DNA of 32,000 nt from Candidatus Jordarchaeales archaeon (lineage in GTDB: Archaea > Asgardarchaeota > Jordiarchaeia > Jordiarchaeales > Freyrarchaeaceae). Within the stretch, counting starts at the first letter, position 1. Each line of letters starts with the position of its first letter. The notes beneath the pieces are model-generated. The model worked only from the letters and a program-made list of their open reading frames with translations. It did not search any database and was not told the DNA's origin. This document shows positions 16,240-25,610 of this stretch, piece by piece. Location of the stretch: contig JAWAHN010000001.1 of NCBI GenBank assembly GCA_038889235.1, positions 764,499 through 796,498 on the forward strand, read 5' to 3'. Both the position numbers and the translations under genes were made by a program.

Positions 16240-18222
16240 ATGTCGGAAGCCATGTCCAACCTTGACATTGCAGTTATAATATCCGAGTTGAATAAAACGT
16301 TGATTGGCGGTAGGATACGTAACATTTACCAAATTAACAGAACTTTTATCTTTAAGGTCAAAGTTAGAGAGGAAGACTTTTACTTGCTTGTGGAGCCAGG
16401 TAGACGGATTCATCTTACGTGGTACGAGAGGGAGAAGCCAAAAATCCCTCCACCCTTCTGCATGGCTCTTAGGAAGCATGTGAGACATGGTAAGATCCTC
16501 TCTATTTACCAGCACGACTTTGACCGTATAGTTGTAATGGATGTCGGGTTTGCTGAAAACAAAGTTTCGCTAGTTTTTGAGCTTTTCGGAGACGGGAACA
16601 TCGTTTTACTTGACAGTGATAGGAAAATAGTTATCGCAGAAAAGTATGCCTCAATGAAGGACAGGGAGATTCTACCCAAAAAAGAGTACCTTTTTCCTCC
16701 CTCTAGAGGAAGGGACCCCCGAAACTTGACCTTTGAGGAGTTTAAAGAGATTTTAGCCGCAAACAAGGGGAAAGCCGCGGCCGTTCTCGTTAAAAACCTC
16801 AACATTGGAAGTATCCTAGCCGAGGAGGCGTGCGCAAGAGGGGGTGTCGAGAAAGGGAAGAACGTTAATGACCTTTCAGACGAGGAGACACAGGCATTGT
16901 TTAGGGCACTAATGGAGACGCTAAGTGAAGCCTTTGAGGGGAAGGTTAAACCTGGAATACTCTTCAAGGAAGAGAAGGCTTTCATTGCTTCTCCTATCAT
17001 GTTGAAAATGTACAGTGGAGGGGAGTTTTCGTGGAAGGAATTTGACTGTTTCAACAAGGCCGCAGACGAATTTTACTCTAAAATGGAAGAATTGAAAGTT
17101 GAAGAAGAGAAAATTGAAGAAAAACGCGAGAAAGAGGACAAAGTCCGGAGAATGATAGAAGCACAGAAAGAGGCACTTCAAAGAATGATGGAAGCAGAGG
17201 AGAAATACCGCAGATATGGGGACTTGTTATACGAGAACATCCACATTGTAAGCCAGTTGCTTGACGCTATACTTCTAGCCAGAAAGAAAAACTATTCATG
17301 GCAGGAAATAGAGGAGAAAATTAACTCTGTTAAGGACAAGGACCCGGCAGCGAAGATGTTCGTTGGAATAAAACCTCACGAGGGACGTGTACTGGTTAAG
17401 CTAAACGAGGAAGTGATACCCCTTGACGTGAAATTGACTGCCGTTGAAAATGCCAACGCTTTCTACGAAAAAGCAAAGGAAGCTATGGCAAAAGCTGAAA
17501 GAATAAGAAAAGCCATGAACGATATAATGGAGAGAGCTAAAGCTGAAAGAGAGACTAAAGAGGAGAAATTTAAGCTTAGGTTGAAGAAGAAAAAGAAGTG
17601 GTATGAAAAATACCGGTGGACGATCTCCTCCGACGGGTTCTTGATTCTTGGGGGAAAAGACGCCAAAAGCAATATTTCTCTCTATAAGAAGATGGAGCCA
17701 AACGACATATTTTTCCACGCCGATGTACACGGCGCCCCCGTGGTCATAGTTAAAACTGAGGGGAAAACCTGCCCCGAAACCACTCTCAAAGAGGCAGCAC
17801 AATTTGCAGTTTCTTATTCGAGGGCATGGAAGGAGGGGGTACTTCAAGCGGACGCGTATTGGGTTTATCCTGAGCAAGTTTCAGAAACACCGCCATCTGG
17901 AGAGTATTTACCTAAAGGCGGGTTGATCATCAGGGGGAAAAGGAATTACTTTCACAATGTGCCATTAGAGTTGGCTGTCGGTGTAATTAGTGAAAACGAC
18001 GAAATAAAAGTGATAGCTGGCCCACCGTCTGCTGTTTCTAAAAAAACACCGAATTTCGTCAAGATTAAACCGGGGAATATAGCCCAAGGAAAACTGGCGG
18101 AGGAAATAAGGAGAACTATAGCAAGTAAAGCCCCCCGAGAACTAGCTGAAATTATTCTAAAAATTCCGTTGAATGATTTTCAAAGCGTGCTCCCACCAGG
18201 AGGAGGAATAATTGTGGGTTGA
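16240..18222 (+). CDS. rqc2: Ribosome quality-control protein Rqc2/RqcH (NEMF/NFACT family)
   Basis: NFACT-N motifs IRNIYQ, PPPFCMALRKH, QHDFDRIV, ELFGDGNIVL; coiled coil; LDVKLTAVENANAFYEKAK; NFACT-R motifs WYEKYRW, LGGKDAKSN, FFHADVHGAP, EAAQFAVSYSRAW, SGEYLPKGG. Start corrected to ATG 16240 after AGGAGGGG. Confidence 0.93.
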   Translation: MSEAMSNLDIAVIISELNKTLIGGRIRNIYQINRTFIFKVKVREEDFYLLVEPGRRIHLTWYEREKPKIPPPFCMALRKHVRHGKILSIYQHDFDRIVVMDVGFAENKVSLVFELFGDGNIVLLDSDRKIVIAEKYASMKDREILPKKEYLFPPSRGRDPRNLTFEEFKEILAANKGKAAAVLVKNLNIGSILAEEACARGGVEKGKNVNDLSDEETQALFRALMETLSEAFEGKVKPGILFKEEKAFIASPIMLKMYSGGEFSWKEFDCFNKAADEFYSKMEELKVEEEKIEEKREKEDKVRRMIEAQKEALQRMMEAEEKYRRYGDLLYENIHIVSQLLDAILLARKKNYSWQEIEEKINSVKDKDPAAKMFVGIKPHEGRVLVKLNEEVIPLDVKLTAVENANAFYEKAKEAMAKAERIRKAMNDIMERAKAERETKEEKFKLRLKKKKKWYEKYRWTISSDGFLILGGKDAKSNISLYKKMEPNDIFFHADVHGAPVVIVKTEGKTCPETTLKEAAQFAVSYSRAWKEGVLQADAYWVYPEQVSETPPSGEYLPKGGLIIRGKRNYFHNVPLELAVGVISENDEIKVIAGPPSAVSKKTPNFVKIKPGNIAQGKLAEEIRRTIASKAPRELAEIILKIPLNDFQSVLPPGGGIIVG

Positions 18223-18235
18223 TACAAAACGTAAT

Positions 18236-18280
18236 GAAAAAATATTTAAGTAATTTTCAAGCTTTTAGACTCCTGTCTAA
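18236..18280 (+). promoter_or_regulatory. Putative lys-operon promoter (BRE/TATA) followed by an inverted repeat
   Basis: GAAAAAATATTTAAGTA at 18236-18252, then TTAGAC-TCCT-GTCTAA at 18265-18280. Confidence 0.45.
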
Positions 18281-18359
18281 GGAATCGCTATTTTCACTTG
18301 TCCTTGCAACGTTGGTTCTAAGTGAGCAAAAGATGCCCCCGTTTAGGAGGTGCTAGGTC

Positions 18360-18533
18360 TTGGCAAAAGGCAACTGCCCTGAATGTGATGCAGAAATAGA
18401 AATAGAAGATCCAGTCATAAGAGAAGTTGTAGAATGCCCTGACTGCGGTGCCGAGCTGGAAGTCGTTAAAATAGAAGGAGATAAGATCGAGTTCTCAGTT
18501 GTCGAGATCAAAGGAGAAGACTGGGGAGAGTAA
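18360..18533 (+). CDS. lysW: Amino-group carrier protein LysW (57 aa, absent from the ORF track)
   Basis: Hand translation from TTG 18360 after AGGAGGTG: MAKGNCPECDAEIEIEDPVIREVVECPDCGAELEVVKIEGDKIEFSVVEIKGEDWGE. Two CxxC motifs and the invariant C-terminal EDWGE. Confidence 0.97.
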   Translation: MAKGNCPECDAEIEIEDPVIREVVECPDCGAELEVVKIEGDKIEFSVVEIKGEDWGE

Positions 18534-18535
18534 AT

Positions 18536-19393
18536 TTGGTGATTACCATAGGAATAATATGTGACAGGGTACGCTGGGATGAAAAGGAGTTAATTAAGGC
18601 TGCAAGAAAACGCGGAGCTAAACCTATAGTAATAGATCAGAAAAACATAGTCTTAGACTTAACAGGAAGCGGAGACAACATACCTGAAGCAGACGTCTAC
18701 CTTCAGCGCAGCGTTAGCACGCTTAAAGGATTATATATAACGAAGATTCTCGAAGATAAAGGCTATATGGTAATAAACTCATTTGAGCCGTCCAGAATCT
18801 GTGCAGACAAACTTCTTACAACGCTGGCGCTGGTTAAAGCAGGCGTGCCTACGCCACACACACTAGTAGCATTTGATGTAGAGTCAGGATTAGACGCACT
18901 GGACAAGTTAGGTTACCCCGCGGTCATCAAACCGGTTATAGGGAGCTGGGGGCGGTTTGTAGCATTATTAAAAGACAGGCAGACAGCTAAATCCATAATG
19001 GAAGAAAGAGTGTTCATGGGCGCGCTTTACCAAACGTTCTACCTCCAAGAGTATGTGGAGAAGAATGGGAGAGACATAAGGAGTTTCGTTATAGGGGACC
19101 GCGTTGTAGCAGCGATATACAGAATCGCAGTTGGAGATGAGCTGAGGACGAACACTGCGCTAGGCGGACGAGCTGAGCCTTGTCCGATAACGCCAGACTT
19201 GGAAGAGCTAAGTTTGAAAGCCGCGGAGGCTGTTGGAGGCAACGGAGTATATGGTATAGACATATTCATCGGAGATAAGGGAATGATGGTTAACGAGGTA
19301 AACCATACTGTAGAATTTCACACAACGGTTCCCATTACTGGAATAGATATTCCAGGCTTAATTATAGATTACGTGTTGGAGAGGGTCAAATGA
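18536..19393 (+). CDS. lysX: LysX/ArgX ATP-grasp ligase (LysW-aminoadipate/glutamate ligase)
   Basis: Motifs DRVRWDEK, CADKLLT, KPVIGSWGR, YLQEYV, RDIR, TNTALGG, EVNHTVEF. Directly downstream of lysW. Confidence 0.93.
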   Translation: MVITIGIICDRVRWDEKELIKAARKRGAKPIVIDQKNIVLDLTGSGDNIPEADVYLQRSVSTLKGLYITKILEDKGYMVINSFEPSRICADKLLTTLALVKAGVPTPHTLVAFDVESGLDALDKLGYPAVIKPVIGSWGRFVALLKDRQTAKSIMEERVFMGALYQTFYLQEYVEKNGRDIRSFVIGDRVVAAIYRIAVGDELRTNTALGGRAEPCPITPDLEELSLKAAEAVGGNGVYGIDIFIGDKGMMVNEVNHTVEFHTTVPITGIDIPGLIIDYVLERVK

Positions 19394-20436
19394 GGGTTGG
19401 CGTGATAGGTGCTAGGGGTTATACCGGCGGCGAATTACTCCGGTTGCTTTGTATGCACCCAAAGGTTGAAGTAACCTATGTAACGTCAAGACAGTATGCC
19501 GGGAAACCTGTTGGAAGCGTCCACCCAAATCTAAGAGGACTGCTAGATCTTAAATTCGAAGACCTTAACGTCTCTAAAGCCGCAGAAAAATGTGACTGTG
19601 TCTTTATAGCAGTTCCACACGGAGCGTCCATGGACATTACACCACAATTACTGGAAGTAGGGTTAAAAGTCATAGATCTAAGCGCCGACTTCAGGCTGAA
19701 AAGCGAGGAGGAATTCAAGAAATATTACGGTCCGCACAAGAGACCAGACCTCCTCGGAAAAGCAGTCTACGGATTACCCGAGTTACACAGAAAGGAGCTG
19801 AGAGGGGCACGCTTCGTCGCATGCCCAGGCTGCATGGCTACAAGCGCCATAATAGGAGCTGCACCCGTCATTTCCTCGTTTAAAGTGGACTTAGAAAAAA
19901 TAGTTGTTGACGCTAAGATAGGTTCATCGGCCGCTGGACGCGAAGTGGACGAGTCAACACACCATCCTGAAAGGTCGGGCGTAATAAGGCCGTATAAAGT
20001 TGTTGGACATAGGCACACTGCAGAAATAGAACAAGAGCTCTCTGGTCTTATCGGACGAAAGGTCAAAATCGCTCTTTCAGCTCACGCCGTAGACGTTGTT
20101 AGAGGGATACTTTCCACAATACACTTCTTCCTGGACGAGAACGTTGACGAGAAAGACGTCTGGAAGGCCTTCAGGAACTTCTTCAACGAGTCACCTTTTG
20201 TAAGAATAGTTAAACAGAAGGTTGGCATTTACAAGCTCCCAGACCCTAAAGCGGTGATTGGTTCAAACTTCTGCGATGTGGGTTTTGAAATGGATGAAGA
20301 TAACTCAAGACTTGTTGTCTTGTCGGCAATAGATAACTTAGTTAAGGGAGCATCCGGACAGGCTGTTCAGTGTATGAACATAATGGAAGGCTGGGACGAG
20401 ACTCTTGGATTAAAGTTCCCGGGACTTTTCCCATAA
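19390..20436 (+). CDS. lysY: LysW-aminoadipyl/glutamyl-phosphate reductase (ArgC family)
   Basis: Motifs GARGYTGGEL, VIDLSADFR, AVYGLPE, ACPGCMAT, GHRHTAEIEQEL, DNLVKGASGQAVQCMN. Confidence 0.95.
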   Translation: MRVGVIGARGYTGGELLRLLCMHPKVEVTYVTSRQYAGKPVGSVHPNLRGLLDLKFEDLNVSKAAEKCDCVFIAVPHGASMDITPQLLEVGLKVIDLSADFRLKSEEEFKKYYGPHKRPDLLGKAVYGLPELHRKELRGARFVACPGCMATSAIIGAAPVISSFKVDLEKIVVDAKIGSSAAGREVDESTHHPERSGVIRPYKVVGHRHTAEIEQELSGLIGRKVKIALSAHAVDVVRGILSTIHFFLDENVDEKDVWKAFRNFFNESPFVRIVKQKVGIYKLPDPKAVIGSNFCDVGFEMDEDNSRLVVLSAIDNLVKGASGQAVQCMNIMEGWDETLGLKFPGLFP

Positions 20437-20449
20437 AGAGGGATGAAAT

Positions 20450-21253
20450 TTGATGATAACAGTAAAGTTAGGCGGAAGTATACTAGACCAAGATATAGGA
20501 CACATAGCTCAGGACGTTAAAGATCTAAGGGTAAAGAACGAAAAAGTGGTCATTGTCCATGGTGGTGCGAAAAAGGTTACGGATATTGCGGAAAGAATGG
20601 GAAAGGAGCAGAAGTTCGTGACTTCAGTCAGTGGTTTCAGGAGCAGATATACAGACAAAGAAACAGCTGAAATATACACTATGGTGATAGGGGGGCTTCT
20701 TAACAAGCAAATTGTTGCCTCGTTGATTAGAGAGGGTATTCCAACTGTGGGTTTAACAGGAATAGATGGAGTTATTTTTAAGGCTGAAAGAAAGGAGAAA
20801 ATAAAAATCAAAGAAGGAGGAAAAGTGCTCATAATAGACGGAGACTATACCGGGAAAGTTGTTGAAGTCAACAAAGAACTGGTAAGTAGTTTGATCAACG
20901 CGGGGTATGTACCCGTTATAGGATCTGTTGCGGTAAGCGAGAAAGGAGAGTTCTTAAACATAGATGGAGATAGAGCGGCTGCAAGCCTAGCTGGAGCTAT
21001 AGGATGCGATGTTCTTGTATTTTTAACCGACGTGCCAGGAGTCATAGAGGAAGGAAGCGTACTCGAGAGATTAAGCATGGAAGAGACGGAAAAAGTTATG
21101 GAAAAAATCGAGGGAGGAATGAAGCGAAAGGTCTTTGCAGCATTGGAAGCTATGAAAGCTGGAGTAAGAAAAGTTATAATTGCTTCAGGATTACGTCCTC
21201 AACCGATAACAGAAGCGTTAAAAGGAAAAGGGTGCACGGTGATTGAAAGGTGA
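20450..21253 (+). CDS. lysZ: LysW-aminoadipate/glutamate kinase (ArgB family)
   Basis: Motifs VKLGGS, VHGGA, SRYTD, LTGIDG, YTGKV, NIDGDRAAA, LTDVPGV, GGMKRK. Start TTG 20450 or ATG 20453. Confidence 0.95.
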   Translation: MMITVKLGGSILDQDIGHIAQDVKDLRVKNEKVVIVHGGAKKVTDIAERMGKEQKFVTSVSGFRSRYTDKETAEIYTMVIGGLLNKQIVASLIREGIPTVGLTGIDGVIFKAERKEKIKIKEGGKVLIIDGDYTGKVVEVNKELVSSLINAGYVPVIGSVAVSEKGEFLNIDGDRAAASLAGAIGCDVLVFLTDVPGVIEEGSVLERLSMEETEKVMEKIEGGMKRKVFAALEAMKAGVRKVIIASGLRPQPITEALKGKGCTVIER

Positions 21254-22431
21254 ACTTGAGTAGAGAGAAAATCATAGAAATTGAAGAAAAATACTTTGCA
21301 AAAACATACGCTAAGAGACCATTAGTTATAGTGCGGGGTAGAGGAGCTCTATTGTGGGATCTGAACGGACGCGAATACATAGACTGCGTTGGTGGACATG
21401 GAATATGTGTGGTTGGTCATTGCCATCCGAAGGTAGTTGAAGCAATAAAAATGCAGGCAGAAAAACTCATAACATGCCCCGGAATGTTTTATAACGATGC
21501 AAGGGCCGAGTTACTCGAAAAGTTAGTTAACATAGCTCCAAGAGGACTTAGCAGAGTTTTCTTGTCTAACAGTGGAGCAGAGGCCGTTGAGTGTGCCATT
21601 AAGCTTGCTAGAAAGTATACTGGTAAGAAAGGGATAATTGCCACAGTGCGGGGATTTCACGGAAGAACAATGGGAGCACTTTCGGCTACCTGGGAAGCCA
21701 AGTACAGAAAGCCGTTTGAACCACTTGTCCCAGGCTTTTCGCACGTGACATTCGGCGATGCTGAAGCTGTTAGGAAAGCCATAGATAGTGACACAGCTGC
21801 AGTAATAGTTGAGCCTGTGCAAGGAGAGGGGGGCGTACATGTAGCACCCGAAGGGTACCTCAAAGAGTTGAGAGAGCTGTGCGACGAAAAAGATGTTCTC
21901 TTGATATTCGACGAAGTGCAAACCGGGTTCGGTAGGACTGGCAGAATGTTTGCATGTATGCACTGGAACGTCACACCTGACATAATGGCCGTGGCAAAAG
22001 CGATAGCAGGAGGGATTCCAATGGGGGCTACTTTAGCGAGAGAGGACATCATGTTATCGTTGCAGGAGACAGAACATGGCTCAACTTTCGGGGGGAACCC
22101 TCTCGCATGCGCTGCGGCAAGCGCAACGATAGATGTTATAGTTAATGAGAAACTTCCCGAGAGAGCGGAAAAACTGGGAAGGCTACTTAAGGATAAACTA
22201 GAGGAAATTAAAGAGAGGTCGAAGATAGTTAGGGAGGTTAGAGGGCTAGGTTTAATGGTAGGCGTAGAGTTAAAGTTAAGGTGCAAGGAATATGTTCTAA
22301 AAGCCATGGAGAAGGGAGTCCTCCTCTTGACTTCAGGACTTAATGTAATAAGGTTGCTTCCACCGCTAGTGATAGAAGAAGAGCACATAGAAAAAGTTAC
22401 TCAAGTGCTATCTGAGGTACTGGTGGGATAG
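21250..22431 (+). CDS. lysJ: LysW-semialdehyde aminotransferase (class III PLP, ArgD family)
   Basis: Motifs SNSGAEAVECAIK, FHGRTMGALS, EPVQGEGG, FDEVQTGFGRTG, AKAIAGGIP, HGSTFGGNP. Confidence 0.95.
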   Translation: MNLSREKIIEIEEKYFAKTYAKRPLVIVRGRGALLWDLNGREYIDCVGGHGICVVGHCHPKVVEAIKMQAEKLITCPGMFYNDARAELLEKLVNIAPRGLSRVFLSNSGAEAVECAIKLARKYTGKKGIIATVRGFHGRTMGALSATWEAKYRKPFEPLVPGFSHVTFGDAEAVRKAIDSDTAAVIVEPVQGEGGVHVAPEGYLKELRELCDEKDVLLIFDEVQTGFGRTGRMFACMHWNVTPDIMAVAKAIAGGIPMGATLAREDIMLSLQETEHGSTFGGNPLACAAASATIDVIVNEKLPERAEKLGRLLKDKLEEIKERSKIVREVRGLGLMVGVELKLRCKEYVLKAMEKGVLLLTSGLNVIRLLPPLVIEEEHIEKVTQVLSEVLVG

Positions 22432-23481
22432 TTGGACGCAGTCGAGTTCCTCATAGAGTTTCTTAGGATTTACAGTCCAACGGGAGAAGAAGAAGGGGCG
22501 ACGCAGTTTCTTCTTGAAAGAATGCTGGACTTCGGTTTTAGGACTTACGTTGACAGGGTGGGTAACGTTATTGGTACAATAGGTGAAGGAAAACCTACGC
22601 TTCTTTTATGCGGACATATTGACACGGTTCCCGGCTTCATTCCAGTTAAATTAGTTGGAGATGAGCTTTTCGGACGTGGGGCAGTTGACGCTAAAGGACC
22701 ATTAGCAGCCATGATCATGGCTGCTAAGGATTTTGTGGGAAAAAGGCTTAATGGAACTGTGATAGTCGCAGGCGTCGTGGATGAGGAAGGAGAATCAAGA
22801 GGAATAAAGAACATTATAGTGTCTGGATTGAAGGCGGATTACGCCGTTTTTGGGGAGCCAAGCAATGGGAGGAATATAGTTATAGGTTATAAAGGGAACC
22901 TTCATCTCAAGGTGAAGGTTGAAACGAGGGCGGGGCATCCTGCTAGTCCAGCCACACGGAACGCCTCTGAAGAAATGATAAGCATATGGGAAATAATTAA
23001 AGAGATGCTTGTTGAGCACGAAAAAAAGGGCAAATTGAGAGTGCCATCCTGTTCTATACTATCCATGAAAGGAGACTTGAGTAAGGCGGAAATGGAAATA
23101 TCGATTAGAGTCCCATTTGGCGAAACGTGGTTAAGTTTATTTGAAAGGATAAGGCCGGTTGTCGAAGTAAAGGATGGTTTTAGTGAGCGGCAAGTTGAAA
23201 TAATAGACGCCGTAGACCCGTACGAAGCTGACAAGAAATCGCCACTTGTAGAAGCCTTCAGAAAGTCAATCAAAGAAGTTTATGGAGAAGAAGCAAGATT
23301 GCTGAGGAAAACCGGGACTGGAGATATGAACTACTATGGGAACTGGTTGAAGAGCGGGAACATCATCACCTACGGTCCGGGTGATCCGCAACTTGACCAC
23401 ACGCACGAAGAGAGGATAAATTTGAACGATTATTTAAGGTCAATAGAAGTTCTCAGGGGAGTTATACACGCCATGCTTTAA
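22432..23481 (+). CDS. lysK: LysW-lysine/ornithine hydrolase (M20 peptidase, ArgE family)
   Basis: Motifs SPTGEE, GHIDTVPG, GRGAVDAKG, VDEEGES, GEPS, GHPAS, TGTGDMN, YGPGD..LDHT. Confidence 0.93.
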   Translation: MDAVEFLIEFLRIYSPTGEEEGATQFLLERMLDFGFRTYVDRVGNVIGTIGEGKPTLLLCGHIDTVPGFIPVKLVGDELFGRGAVDAKGPLAAMIMAAKDFVGKRLNGTVIVAGVVDEEGESRGIKNIIVSGLKADYAVFGEPSNGRNIVIGYKGNLHLKVKVETRAGHPASPATRNASEEMISIWEIIKEMLVEHEKKGKLRVPSCSILSMKGDLSKAEMEISIRVPFGETWLSLFERIRPVVEVKDGFSERQVEIIDAVDPYEADKKSPLVEAFRKSIKEVYGEEARLLRKTGTGDMNYYGNWLKSGNIITYGPGDPQLDHTHEERINLNDYLRSIEVLRGVIHAML

Positions 23482-24380
23482 ATGCGCTCCTCCTTTTTTA
23501 GTTCTTTCTCCATTATTTTCTTCTTAAGTTCCATCACGAAATCTTCCTCAGTAGTCACTAAGGGGGGAATTACAGCTTTTGCAGGCTGAATCCAGTCAGC
23601 GGAAAGCCTTGCCTCTCCCAGCACTGCTGCCAATTTTTCGTATACCTCTCTTTCGAGATTTATGCAAAACTCAGAGAGCTCCCTTGCAGTAACTTTTCCA
23701 ACTCTCAATTCTCTTTCCACATTAAGCGAGGAACGAAGCTCCGTTTGCGGCGGAGGACCCATCCACTTGCTAGAGAAAATTAAGAAGCCAGAAGCCTTCC
23801 CTAGTTTCTTTTCGTCAATGCTAACTTCAACACGCCAGTTCCATTCAGCAAACCAGCTTTCGCTACTTAGCTTCTTTGCATATTCCCTAATCAGCAGTCT
23901 AAATAAGCTTCCCTCGGTTTTAACGGCCACCATCAGGTGGGTTTCACCGAGGATCCTCGCATTATACGACGAAAGAAGGTTCCTCTCAACCTCTTGGCGC
24001 AACTCTTTCAAGTTAGCTTCAAGGGGCGAGCTGACGAGACCCCCTTCCGCAAATCCTTCAATGCCACCCGTAGCAAAATTGTACTTTATTAAAGCACCAC
24101 AATTAGGACAACTATATTCTCCAACAGTTAGAACAAATGAAACTTCAATAAAGGGGTCAAGTATTAGTTTGTAATTACACTTTGGGCATGAAACCATAAT
24201 TACAACTTCATTAATTTTACTCCGCTTTTTCTCTCCTTCAACGCGTTTCTTAACTTCGGTGTAAAGATCACCGGGAACACCTATCATTTCTAGTCCGTCA
24301 AGAAAGTGTTTTTCGTCGCTGAGGACAAAACCCTTAACCAAATTTGTAAGAGACTGGTCGCTTATAGTCTCCTTTCCCAC
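23478..24380 (-). CDS. Hypothetical protein with CPKC/CPNC Zn-ribbon
   Basis: Open frame of about 300 aa from GTG 24380 (after GGAGGGG) with a CxxC-x22-CxxC pair. No family recognised. Confidence 0.65.
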   Translation of the reverse strand: MGKETISDQSLTNLVKGFVLSDEKHFLDGLEMIGVPGDLYTEVKKRVEGEKKRSKINEVVIMVSCPKCNYKLILDPFIEVSFVLTVGEYSCPNCGALIKYNFATGGIEGFAEGGLVSSPLEANLKELRQEVERNLLSSYNARILGETHLMVAVKTEGSLFRLLIREYAKKLSSESWFAEWNWRVEVSIDEKKLGKASGFLIFSSKWMGPPPQTELRSSLNVERELRVGKVTARELSEFCINLEREVYEKLAAVLGEARLSADWIQPAKAVIPPLVTTEEDFVMELKKKIMEKELKKEERI

Positions 24381-24593
24381 AATCCCCTCCACCCTTCTCC
24401 TAATATTGCAACATCTTGCCAAAAGGAGAATAGTTGCAAAGAATATTTTAAAGATTTCTAAGTTAACTTGAAGGATTAAAGAAGTAATCAACGAATTTCA
24501 ATGTAAGTGATTATTTATAGATTTGTGGTAAAAAGATTTTTAAAAGAACATGTTGAAGTCCAAATGTAGAGCTGTCAGAATTGGTGGTTTACT

Positions 24594-25343
24594 ATGAAAC
24601 ATGACTTCTCCAAATTAGAGGTAATAGGGGAAGGAAAGACAAAAATTGTACGGAAAATGGACAACCCGGACCTAGTTTTGCTAGAATTCAAGGATACAAT
24701 AACGGCACTTGATGGTGAAAAGAAGGATGTTATAATCGGGAAAGGGCATATAAATGCCAAGATATCTAGTTTCTTCTTTGAACTCCTTTCAAGTAAGGAT
24801 ATTCCCACTCATTATGTGTCATTTATTGAGCCGAGATACATGGTGGTTAAGCGGCTGAAGATGCTGCCAGTAGAGGTTGTGTGTCGAAACATAGCTGCCG
24901 GAAGTTTCGCTAAGAGGTATCCTGTGGAGGTAGGTAGCCGTCTCAAGTATCCGGTGGTCGAATACTACTTAAAGGACGATGCACGCCACGATCCGATGAT
25001 GAACGAAGACCACCTTGTGGTGTTGGGGATTACTCAATCCGTCGATGAGGTTAAGAAAATAAAGGAGTTGACCTTAAAGGTTAACCAGGTGCTTTCAGAG
25101 TTTCTCGACAGTAAAGGGATGACTCTTGTGGACTTTAAGTTAGAGTTCGGCGTGGACGCGAGTGGAAGCATCTATGTTGGAGACGAAATAAACGGGGATT
25201 CTATGAGATTATGGGACAAAGAGACTGGTAAATCACTTGACAAGGATGTGTATCGAAAGGGTGGAAACTTGAGAGAAGTTTTAAAGAGGTACATTGAGTT
25301 ATACAGACGGATTATTGGAACAGATCCGAAGATAGAGGTGTGA
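24594..25343 (+). CDS. purC: SAICAR synthetase
   Basis: Motifs EGKTK, FKDTITA, LPVEVVCRNIAAGS, KDDARHDP, LVDFKLEFG, DEINGDSMRLWD, LDKDVYR. Confidence 0.97.
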   Translation: MKHDFSKLEVIGEGKTKIVRKMDNPDLVLLEFKDTITALDGEKKDVIIGKGHINAKISSFFFELLSSKDIPTHYVSFIEPRYMVVKRLKMLPVEVVCRNIAAGSFAKRYPVEVGSRLKYPVVEYYLKDDARHDPMMNEDHLVVLGITQSVDEVKKIKELTLKVNQVLSEFLDSKGMTLVDFKLEFGVDASGSIYVGDEINGDSMRLWDKETGKSLDKDVYRKGGNLREVLKRYIELYRRIIGTDPKIEV

Positions 25344-25346
25344 CCG

Positions 25347-25610
25347 TTGGGAACATATGTGCTGGAGGTCATCGTGGAAAATAAACCTTCAGCTAAGGAT
25401 CCTGAGGGGGAAACAATAATGAGAGACTTAATGCACCGCAATGGCTTTAAAAACGTGAAAAAAGTTCGCACGGGAAAATACCTCAGAATAGAAGTTGAAG
25501 CAGAAAATAGAGAGCAGGCCAAGGATATTGTCTTCAAAATGTGCAACGACTTGAGAATATTCAACCCAGTAATCCACATCTGTAATATTAGAGAGGCAGA
25601 CATCAGATGA
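25347..25610 (+). CDS. purS: FGAM synthase subunit PurS
   Basis: 87 aa with DPEGETI, VRTGKY and NPVI; lies between purC and purQ. Confidence 0.93.
   Translation: MGTYVLEVIVENKPSAKDPEGETIMRDLMHRNGFKNVKKVRTGKYLRIEVEAENREQAKDIVFKMCNDLRIFNPVIHICNIREADIR

Noticed and set aside
18314-18327. GGTTCTAA resembling half of the Sulfolobus LysM site as I recall it
   Set aside because: Only one half-site matches, it lies downstream of the promoter, and no lysM is adjacent.
18333-18356. 7-codon uORF MPPFRRC overlapping the lysW SD, considered as an attenuator peptide
   Set aside because: It has no SD of its own, its Arg codons are simply the AGGAGG SD, and it has no Lys codons.
21657-22388. 243-aa minus-strand ORF and the many other 60-220 aa antisense ORFs in the track
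   Set aside because: All lie opposite well-supported genes and show the Ser/Thr/Phe-rich composition of antisense frames.
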